Both the position numbers and the translations under genes were made by a program. The notes beneath the pieces are model-generated. The model saw only the letters and a list, made by a program, of their open reading frames with translations, did no database searches and had not been told where the DNA came from. A stretch of 5,672 nt of DNA from Candidatus Hydrogenedens sp. (GTDB taxonomy: Bacteria; Hydrogenedentota; Hydrogenedentia; Hydrogenedentales; Hydrogenedentaceae), in contig JBMFRC010000041.1 in NCBI GenBank assembly GCA_049968235.1, positions 1 through 5,672 of the forward strand. The letters are read 5' to 3'. Positions 1-5,672 of this stretch are shown piece by piece; within the stretch, counting starts at the first letter, position 1, and every line of letters starts with the position of its first letter.

Positions 1-43
1 ATTTATGCTGAAAAAAATATTTTAAAATTTTTTCATAAAATGC

Positions 44-75
44 TTGACATATGAAAAAAAATGCTAAACTATAGG
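44..75 (+). promoter_or_regulatory. candidate sigma70-like promoter upstream of the cys-rich gene
   Basis: There is a perfect TTGACA -35 hexamer at 44-49. Downstream lies TGcTAAACT at 62-70, which resembles an extended -10, and TATAGG at 70-75 is an alternative -10. Spacing is suboptimal for either. The direct repeat AAAATGCT occurs at 37-44 and 58-65, 21 bp apart, flanking the -35. An AAGGGA Shine-Dalgarno site at 131-136 lies 7 nt before the ATG at 144. Confidence 0.3.
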
Positions 76-143
76 TATTGGAAAGTTGAATAACGAAAGT
101 AGTAGTCAATCAAACCAGAAGCATCAAAATAAGGGAACCTGCC

Positions 144-620
144 ATGCATATCACAAACTTCATCAAAAATTACCCTTGTATACTACTTACATTATTACTA
201 ACCTTAATATCTCCTTTATTTATTTTGAGCGAAACAAAAGTATATGCGTCTACAAAAAATCCTAAAAGCGGAGAATGCGATTGTATTTCTCAAACATCAT
301 GTCCTTATAATTTAACATATGCTATATATGGACTGGAAGGCTTTAAATGTGGACTTATAAATAATCATTGTAAGTGTAATGGTCCAGATCCTCTCAAACA
401 TTGTTCTTACCCAAAAGCAGAACTATGTGCCCCTACATCCGGAGGTTGTAGTTGTAGTAATGATTGCATGCCATCAGATTGTCCCAGGCCATGTTACCCT
501 TCTTCATGTGAAGGATGTAAGGAATACCAATTAAGTACTATTCCCTGTTCAGGGACTCCTGAACCAGGAAATTGTGGAAGATGTAATTACAAATTCAAAC
601 AACCAGGATGCGGACAATAA
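144..620 (+). CDS. small cysteine-rich secreted protein (hypothetical)
   Basis: Complete ORF of 158 aa. An AAGGGA Shine-Dalgarno site lies 7 nt upstream. The N-terminus has a long hydrophobic stretch (ILLTLLLTLISPLFIL) followed by VYA-ST, consistent with a Sec signal peptide. The mature part of about 123 aa contains 19 cysteines (about 15%) in CxC and CxxC arrangements: CDC, CKC, CSC, CEGC and CGRC. I recognise no known family. The stop at 618-620 abuts the next gene. Confidence 0.7.
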   Translation: MHITNFIKNYPCILLTLLLTLISPLFILSETKVYASTKNPKSGECDCISQTSCPYNLTYAIYGLEGFKCGLINNHCKCNGPDPLKHCSYPKAELCAPTSGGCSCSNDCMPSDCPRPCYPSSCEGCKEYQLSTIPCSGTPEPGNCGRCNYKFKQPGCGQ

Positions 621-651
621 CAATGCTATATTAATAGTAAAGAAAAATAAT

Positions 652-2034
652 ATGGAAGTATACAAAAAATTACTTTTTATAGGATTGATATTTTATAGTT
701 CCCTATTTGCACATAGTTTAGAAATATATGAAGTATCTCGGGACAGCCAGGAAGTAAAGAACTTAATCCGTATTGTGAAAACGAGATTTAATGTCTTTTC
801 GTTGAAATGTAATTATACCTCTATTGTTGATGAGGAACCATACATTTCTTATTTTGAAGATAAATATGGGAAATCTATACTTGATGAAAAAAAAGAACAA
901 GCACTATCCATAAAAAATTTTGAATTTGTCTTTCAAAAAGGGAATTTTGTCCGTATTCAAACATATACACCTCCAATAAAAAAATTATCAACAATTGATA
1001 AGCCTAGAAACTTGATAGAATTATTATCTCAAAAATTTACAACTTATCAGCAGGATAGTAATCAGGATAAATTGTTTCAAACTATAAATTATTTTTACAA
1101 CGAGGAATTAAAAACAAGGGATTACTACTATGATAGTATGCTAAATAAATATGCTTATTGGGAGTGTGCACATGACAATGAAGATATGGATCCATATACT
1201 CTTGACCCTCGTATCTGCATTGGACTATGTTCTGGAACCGCGTTTAATTGGGGAAATCTTTGGCCAAAAGAGGGCTTATTTTTCTTTATTGAAGAATTCT
1301 TAGAGAAAGAGGGGATTTTTTTCTATTGTGAAGAAGAATATAAAATTTTTTGGCATTATGTAGTATATGAACATAAAACAAAGTATAAACATGAATCTAA
1401 TTTCAGTTTCTTAGACCCCATTGGTATTGAAATATGGGTTGATAAAAATGAAAACATTTCAAAAATTGCATGTATGTTTTATCCTTGTCGTATTTTAGGA
1501 CTCCAGGAAGTAAAACAAATTATTAATAAAGATACAGAAATAACATATAACACTCCAAGTATTTTATATTGGGAATATCAGTATCAAAACTATAAAGAAT
1601 TCGAAAGTGGAATACGGATTCCGCTAAAAACTACGGTTTTACAATATTCTTTTGATAATGATAATCCATGTTTTCAATCTATTGTAAAAAAATATTTTGA
1701 CACCATTAACAAAACAAAAAATGAAATGGACATAATTAAATATCGTACAGAATTGAGTGCTTGTAATGATATATCTTTTCTATCAAGAAAAATAGAACTC
1801 ACTATATATCCAGAATCAGTAATTGTAAACAAACTAATACCGGAGGAAACATTTATCGCCCCTAAACCTGATATCTCTTTATTCAAAAATATAAATGAAG
1901 CAGAACAGTTTAAAAATAGTATAGAAAGAAACAATTCTTCTTTCCCTTCATATTTGATTTTATCTTTATTTGGTTTAATCATTATTCTTTTTTTAACTTT
2001 CCTTACATATAAATTTTGGAGATGGAGTATTTAA
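652..2034 (+). CDS. hypothetical exported protein with N-terminal signal peptide and C-terminal transmembrane anchor
   Basis: The ORF is open from 574 to 2034. The ATG at 652 is preferred as the start because it yields a classic signal peptide (MEVYKKLLFIGLIFYSSLFAHS) and avoids a 47-nt out-of-frame overlap with the upstream gene. The C-terminus is a hydrophobic helix (YLILSLFGLIIILFLTFLTY) followed by KFWRW. The ectodomain is rich in Tyr, Lys, Glu and Asn with scattered Cys and Trp, and I recognise no domain. There is no Shine-Dalgarno site, but the start lies 31 nt after the upstream stop, which suggests translational coupling within an operon. Confidence 0.7.
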   Translation: MEVYKKLLFIGLIFYSSLFAHSLEIYEVSRDSQEVKNLIRIVKTRFNVFSLKCNYTSIVDEEPYISYFEDKYGKSILDEKKEQALSIKNFEFVFQKGNFVRIQTYTPPIKKLSTIDKPRNLIELLSQKFTTYQQDSNQDKLFQTINYFYNEELKTRDYYYDSMLNKYAYWECAHDNEDMDPYTLDPRICIGLCSGTAFNWGNLWPKEGLFFFIEEFLEKEGIFFYCEEEYKIFWHYVVYEHKTKYKHESNFSFLDPIGIEIWVDKNENISKIACMFYPCRILGLQEVKQIINKDTEITYNTPSILYWEYQYQNYKEFESGIRIPLKTTVLQYSFDNDNPCFQSIVKKYFDTINKTKNEMDIIKYRTELSACNDISFLSRKIELTIYPESVIVNKLIPEETFIAPKPDISLFKNINEAEQFKNSIERNNSSFPSYLILSLFGLIIILFLTFLTYKFWRWSI

Positions 2035-2095
2035 TACATAAGAGATAGTTGAAGAATTCCATTAGAAAAAAAAATGAAAAGGGCTTTCAATAAAG

Positions 2096-2437
2096 ATGTT
2101 TCCTTTTATTAAAATATCGACATATTTTGCAGAATTTTACAACATTTTTAATTTTCTTGCGGTGTTTGTTATTGTTTTATTAGGTGTTCGGTGGAATTAT
2201 AGGTATGGGAAGAAATATCCCTTAAGATTGGGGATGTTGCTTCTGTCAGCACCGTTTGCTTTTCTGATTGACAGGATATTTTTCTTTCTTTTCCTTGCCC
2301 GTCCTTCTTCTAAGATGCAGTTTTTTAATCTGGAGAGAGGGGGAAGTATGTTTTTAGGAGCCTTTACAGGGGCTGTCTTTGGGGCTTTCATCTATAATGT
2401 TTGGGTACATTATGTATATTTTCCGATTTTATCCTGA
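2096..2437 (+). CDS. lgt: Lgt-like (prolipoprotein diacylglyceryl transferase) N-terminal fragment, probably truncated or a pseudogene
   Basis: The 113-aa polytopic membrane ORF resembles Lgt N-terminal regions. It begins FPF near the N-terminus; DRIFFFLFLA compares with ARIYYVLFEW or GRIGYVLFYNF in Lgt, and LERGGSMFLGAFTGAVFGAFIY compares with [22 protein letters not shown]. Spacing between these segments fits Lgt. However, the conserved WYG motif and the His in the GG-x-x-HGG segment are replaced. The ORF stops at about 40% of normal Lgt length. No Lgt-like continuation, including the GRxGNFxNxExxG signature, is found in the three + frames checked downstream. This is recall-based similarity, not a database search. 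Confidence 0.5.
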   Translation: MFPFIKISTYFAEFYNIFNFLAVFVIVLLGVRWNYRYGKKYPLRLGMLLLSAPFAFLIDRIFFFLFLARPSSKMQFFNLERGGSMFLGAFTGAVFGAFIYNVWVHYVYFPILS

Positions 2438-2458
2438 CGGATATATATGGACACATGT

Positions 2459-2474
2459 AAATCTGCAGATTTTT
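2459..2474 (+). terminator. weak palindromic hairpin plus T-run after the lgt-like ORF
   Basis: AAATCTGCAGATTT is a perfect palindrome that can form a short AT-rich stem with a TGCA loop, followed by TT. The stem is weak (about 5 bp, AU-rich) and the U-tract overlaps the stem, so terminator function is doubtful. Confidence 0.15.
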
Positions 2475-2634
2475 CAGAGAGAATGATTATTCGTACTTAT
2501 ATACTCATATTTTTTTATGAAACACAATGGTTCTTATATAAAACCTTCAAATTACCTTATTAAACAAAAAAAATACACAGAACCTAAATAATTTAAAATA
2601 CTGAATATCGTGTAACCATCTCTGCAAAAAAAGA

Positions 2635-2732
2635 GCGGGAACCGCATGGTTTCGCTGTTTATTAGCGGGCTATACCCGTAGCCCGTATAGTCCTGTTCGG
2701 GACTTTGTCGAAACTCTTATAGCAGTTCCCGC
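2635..2732. ncRNA. candidate structured RNA or GC-rich multi-stem element (unclassified)
   Basis: This 98-nt island is markedly more GC-rich than its flanks. Four stems are directly visible. The outer stem is GCGGGAAC (2635-2642) paired with GTTCCCGC (2725-2732), 8 bp. The inner stem is GTTTCG (2649-2654) paired with CGAAAC (2709-2714), 6 bp. Hairpin A is GCGGGCTA (2665-2672) paired with TAGCCCGT (2679-2686), 8 bp including one G-U, with loop TACCCG. Hairpin B is AGTCC (2689-2693) paired with GGACT (2700-2704), 5 bp, with loop TGTTCG. The result is a closed three-way junction inside a stacked outer helix. No ORF covers it. The transcribed strand and the family are unknown. Confidence 0.3.
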
Positions 2733-3068
2733 AAAACTTGTAAAGGCTTTTAACAAACCTTCGTATTCAATTTTCTAATAAAATTATGACACAAAAATAA
2801 AAAAAATGCAAGCAGTTTTTAAAATTTTTTATTCCCAGACTTATTCTTCATCAAAAAGACCTATTGTCCCCAATGATTTTGTATTTCCGAAAGAATTAAC
2901 TCGATTATATCTATCAAAACTTCCTATAGCACTATCACGGTTTCTTGATGGTCCCAAAAAATTCGGAGCATTATAATTATAGTTATTAAGGTTTTCCAAA
3001 GGGTTAGGAATCTTTGTTAAATCATTAATTCTATCTTCAATAGATGGTAGTTTCCAATTATTTTCCCT

Positions 3069-3130
3069 TTCACAATATTTATTATTATAATATACTATTA
3101 TAAATAAATAGAATTTATTTGCAAAAGGAG
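3069..3130 (+). promoter_or_regulatory. candidate promoter and ribosome-binding site for the large surface-protein gene
   Basis: TTCACA at 3069-3074 matches 5 of 6 positions of the -35 consensus. A 16-nt spacer precedes TATACT at 3091-3096, and an alternative TATAAT lies at 3086-3091. A strong Shine-Dalgarno site, AAGGAG at 3125-3130, sits 8 nt upstream of the ATG at 3139. The AT-rich context makes many alternative -10 elements possible. Confidence 0.3.
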
Positions 3131-3138
3131 TTTTGGCA

Positions 3139-5672
3139 ATGAAAAATAAACTGTTTATTTTAATTACATTTTTTATCTTTCTTCTACCCATTACTTCTTA
3201 CCCACTCGTTTGGGAATTTAATGCTGATGAAGGTTGGTCCGCAGGAAGTAATGTGGCAAATTTGCAAACCACAGGGGGATATTTATCTTTCGATACAACA
3301 GGGAGTGACCCAAGTGTTTATACACCTGATAATTTAGGTGTTACTGGTTCCAATTTTCGATTTATACATTTTGATATGGAGTTAAGTGCAACACCGACAC
3401 AAGGTGGACAAATTTATTTCATTACGAATGCAGATGGAGGTTGGGGAGAAGATAAAGTCATATACTTCTCTCCTACGGCAGGTAGAAACACTTATCTTAT
3501 TAATGTTCCCCAAACTATGTCAGCCAATGGAAAAGACCCGAATAAATGGTTGGGGCAAACAATAAAAAGATTAAGATTTGACCCTCCGAACAATTACATT
3601 GGAAATGTAAAAATCTACTGGTTTGGTATCACATTCGGCAGTAATTCACGCGGTGCTGTTTGGGATTTCGAAACAAACGGTGATTTTGAAGGCTGGGGTG
3701 GATTCAGTTGTGCTTCAGGACAACAGGTTACAGGCGGTTACTTAACTTTCAATTTTATCTGTACCGACCCCTTTGTATACTCCCCAAATGATTTAAGAAT
3801 CAGTGGCTCTGATTATCCATGGCTACAGGCGGATATTGAATATACTGCAAGTTATAACGACACTTTTCAGATTTTCTTCATAACAAACATGGATGGAAAT
3901 TGGACTGAAGGGAAATCTATAACTTTCCCCGGAAGAGTAGGTAGATTTACCTATTTAGTCAATATTCCACAAAGGTTAACTGAAAACAGCAAAGACCCTA
4001 ACACCTGGAACGGAAAAACAATAATGCAAATCCGGTTCGATACAGGTGGACAATCATCTGGTAGTGTCAAAATCCACTGGATAGGTATCCGTCGTGAGCC
4101 TATTCCCGATTGGCAATTCGATGTCGGTGACCATAAACAAGGCTGGACTGCTGTAAACCAAATATCAAATCTGACTGTAAGTAGTGGTGCTCTTAGTTGT
4201 AATACCACAGGGGGTGACCCATATATACAAGTTTACAACCAACATTTTAACCCTTCTACATATCGCTATTTATTAGTCCGTGCCAATATTACAAACTACG
4301 AGAATGATAACCCGGGAATTATGCAAACTTTCGGCTTCCCCGGAACCGGCGGAACAGGATATGTTAATAAAGACTACTATTTCTACCCCAACAATGGTTA
4401 TCAATGCATTCTCGTTGATATGGGAACACGCACTACTAACTCTTCCTGGTTAGGGGCTCCAGGAACTATTTCTTCCTTCCGCATTGACCCTGCAACTGTG
4501 AATACCTCTGCTACTTTCTATTATGACTATATTAAGTTATATGATTCATCCTCTCTACCTGCAGGTCCGTATAATTGGGACTTCTCAACTGCCGGAAACA
4601 ATAATTTATCCGGAAATAACTGCGGTAGTTGGGTTTCTGCCCGGCATTCACCCTATAGCGGAACTTCATTGAGTATTGCCAGTAATGTAGGTATCATAAC
4701 CGGCACCGGAACACTCGGAATAGAAAACCTCGGCTTTGCTGTAGGAAATACTTCCGCTTATCAATGGGTTCAAATTGATGTGAATCCATCTACACAAACA
4801 GATAGAAATGATTTGACTTTCCGTTATTTATGGAGAAAGGATGGACTTCGGTTAGGCGATGATTACAACACGCGAAGAAAATGGATTATTCCAACCAATA
4901 AAGGAATAAAACGCTATAATTTTTATCTCCCATACATTGCAGACCAGGATACAAACCATAATGGTACATGGGATGGCATCCCCCATGGAATATTACTCCA
5001 ATTTGGTGAAGGAGAAGCAGGTATTAATTCTATTACTATTGATAATTTCAACCTTCTTTCCTCTGCAAGCGTTCCTGCACCATCTGTATCTGAAGTTAAA
5101 GTTTCAGGAACAAGAACTGTCGATGTTTCCTTTACAAATCAAATGGATTCCAGCACCATTACTGCCTCAATGTTTACAATTTCAGGAACAGGAAGAGGCA
5201 CCTTAGGAGCAAATCCTTTCAGCGTTACATATCTTACAGGACATACTTATCGTTTGACCTGGATTGCAGGAGAAATGCGTGACGGTAGCGATATTACCAT
5301 AACTGTATCGAATTCTGTACAAGACGCTGCAGGAAGAAATTTAACATCTCCCACAAGCGGAACTCATACCGGTGGTGGTATAAAAATAGATGCCCCTACT
5401 GTCTCTGCTGTAACCTCTCCCGCTTTTGCAAATACATTGCCCATAACAATTAGTTATACGGGTGCTGCAGACAATACAAGCAATGTTAGTAGCATAGAAC
5501 TATGGGCTAAAAAAGGTTCCGAAGGAACCTGGGCTTTTACAGGTCAAACATCTGTTTCTGCCCCCAATGGAAGTATCAATTTCAATAGTCCCACAGGAGA
5601 AGATACATACTACTTTGATGTTGTGGTAATTGATGGTGCCGGTAATCGGAGCGATACTCCTACGGGAAATGG
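3139..5672 (+). CDS. large secreted repetitive surface protein (adhesin or glycan-binding-like), 3' partial and continuing beyond the window
   Basis: The frame is open from the ATG at 3139 to the window end, so at least 844 codons, and it has an optimal Shine-Dalgarno site. The N-terminus MKNKLFILITFFIFLLPITSYP is a typical signal peptide. There are four tandem modules of about 140-160 aa. Each begins with a W-(E/D)-F motif and ends with a segment such as IYWFGI, IHWIGI, IKLY or IDNFNL. Modules 1 and 2 are clearly homologous (GGYLSFDTTGSDPSVYTPDNL compares with GGYLTFNFICTDPFVYSPNDL, and GRNTYLINVPQ...KDPNKW...RFD compares with GRFTYLVNIPQ...KDPNTW...RFD). These are followed by at least two Ig-like modules of about 100 aa (for example TYYFDVVVIDGAGNRS). 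The composition is rich in Gly, Thr, Ser and Asn. The C-terminal sorting signal cannot be seen. Confidence 0.85.
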   Translation, partial: MKNKLFILITFFIFLLPITSYPLVWEFNADEGWSAGSNVANLQTTGGYLSFDTTGSDPSVYTPDNLGVTGSNFRFIHFDMELSATPTQGGQIYFITNADGGWGEDKVIYFSPTAGRNTYLINVPQTMSANGKDPNKWLGQTIKRLRFDPPNNYIGNVKIYWFGITFGSNSRGAVWDFETNGDFEGWGGFSCASGQQVTGGYLTFNFICTDPFVYSPNDLRISGSDYPWLQADIEYTASYNDTFQIFFITNMDGNWTEGKSITFPGRVGRFTYLVNIPQRLTENSKDPNTWNGKTIMQIRFDTGGQSSGSVKIHWIGIRREPIPDWQFDVGDHKQGWTAVNQISNLTVSSGALSCNTTGGDPYIQVYNQHFNPSTYRYLLVRANITNYENDNPGIMQTFGFPGTGGTGYVNKDYYFYPNNGYQCILVDMGTRTTNSSWLGAPGTISSFRIDPATVNTSATFYYDYIKLYDSSSLPAGPYNWDFSTAGNNNLSGNNCGSWVSARHSPYSGTSLSIASNVGIITGTGTLGIENLGFAVGNTSAYQWVQIDVNPSTQTDRNDLTFRYLWRKDGLRLGDDYNTRRKWIIPTNKGIKRYNFYLPYIADQDTNHNGTWDGIPHGILLQFGEGEAGINSITIDNFNLLSSASVPAPSVSEVKVSGTRTVDVSFTNQMDSSTITASMFTISGTGRGTLGANPFSVTYLTGHTYRLTWIAGEMRDGSDITITVSNSVQDAAGRNLTSPTSGTHTGGGIKIDAPTVSAVTSPAFANTLPITISYTGAADNTSNVSSIELWAKKGSEGTWAFTGQTSVSAPNGSINFNSPTGEDTYYFDVVVIDGAGNRSDTPTGN
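3208..5055 (+). repeat. intragenic tandem domain duplication (four modules, R1 to R4) at protein level
   Basis: R1 is 3208-3630, R2 is 3658-4089, R3 is 4108-4542 and R4 is 4570-5055. R1 and R2 share an estimated 35-40% identity judged by eye across the full module. R3 and R4 are more divergent but keep the W-x-F ... GW ... GDP start and the hydrophobic end motif. The DNA-level repeat is weak; the duplication is ancient. Confidence 0.55.

Noticed and set aside
144-620. RiPP precursor (SCIFF, ranthipeptide or sactipeptide) interpretation of the Cys-rich ORF
   Set aside because: At 158 aa with a Sec-type signal peptide and no adjacent radical-SAM or modification enzyme, it looks like a folded disulfide-rich secreted protein rather than a RiPP core.
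574-651. Upstream in-frame extension of ORF2 (MEDVITNSNNQDADNNN...)
   Set aside because: It would add a 26-aa hydrophilic Asn/Asp-rich extension before an otherwise canonical signal peptide and would overlap the ORF1 coding end. The ATG at 652 is more plausible.
1674-1982. 102-aa ORF on the minus strand
   Set aside because: It lies entirely inside and antisense to the 652-2034 CDS. It has low-complexity composition and no start context, so it is a typical shadow ORF.
2074-2112. 12-codon upstream ORF (MKRAFNKDVSFY) overlapping the lgt-like start
   Set aside because: It is too short and lacks supporting signals. It is most likely chance in A-rich DNA.
2197-2391. 64-aa ORF on the minus strand
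   Set aside because: It is antisense within the lgt-like ORF. It is Lys/Arg/Pro-rich, translating the complement of hydrophobic codons, so it is spurious.
2635-2732. tRNA or tRNA-Sec interpretation of the structured element (8-bp acceptor-like outer stem)
   Set aside because: The 98-nt length and 8-bp outer stem recalled selC. However, the hairpin loops are 6 nt, not 7. There is no T-loop TTCRANY or D-loop signature and no UCA anticodon loop. The arm order does not fit a cloverleaf with a variable arm.
2635-2732. SRP (4.5S) RNA interpretation
   Set aside because: CTGTTTA and AGCAG fragments are present. However, there is no GNRA tetraloop, no domain IV asymmetric-loop arrangement, and a two-hairpin insertion where SRP RNA has a single helix.
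3951-4208. 85-aa minus-strand ORF inside the large gene
   Set aside because: It is embedded antisense in a well-supported, repeat-validated reading frame, so it is spurious. The same holds for the 89-aa + strand ORF at 4937-5206.
4937-5206. 89-aa + strand ORF in an alternative frame
   Set aside because: It is out of frame with the continuous 3139-5672 CDS, whose frame is confirmed by internal domain homology. It is a chance ORF.
1-5672. CRISPR arrays, IS or transposase genes, integrase, rRNA or tRNA genes
   Set aside because: The window contains no regularly spaced direct repeats. I see no terminal inverted repeats flanking ORFs and no transposase- or integrase-like ORFs. No tRNA-length cloverleaf has canonical loops.

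Overview
This is an AT-rich bacterial locus (about 25% GC in the first half, about 42% in the second), read left to right on the + strand. (1) A weak candidate promoter precedes a 158-aa cysteine-rich small secreted protein at 144-620. (2) Immediately downstream at 652-2034 is a roughly 460-aa hypothetical protein with an N-terminal signal peptide and a C-terminal transmembrane anchor; the two genes are probably co-transcribed. (3) A 113-aa membrane ORF at 2096-2437 resembles only the N-terminal third of prolipoprotein diacylglyceryl transferase (Lgt). Its conserved motifs have decayed, so it is probably a truncated lgt remnant. (4) A roughly 700-bp non-coding gap follows. It contains a 98-nt GC-rich island at 2635-2732 whose sequence folds into four nested or adjacent stems, a cloverleaf-like element. 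I treat it as a candidate structured RNA that I cannot classify. (5) A strong Shine-Dalgarno site (AAGGAG) and ATG at 3139 open a very large secreted protein that runs past the window end (at least 844 aa). It has a Sec signal peptide, four tandem homologous modules of about 140-160 aa that read like beta-sandwich modules, and then Ig-like domains, so it is most likely an adhesin or surface glycan-binding protein. I found no rRNA, tRNA, CRISPR array or recognisable mobile element. Product names other than Lgt-like are not supportable from the sequence alone.
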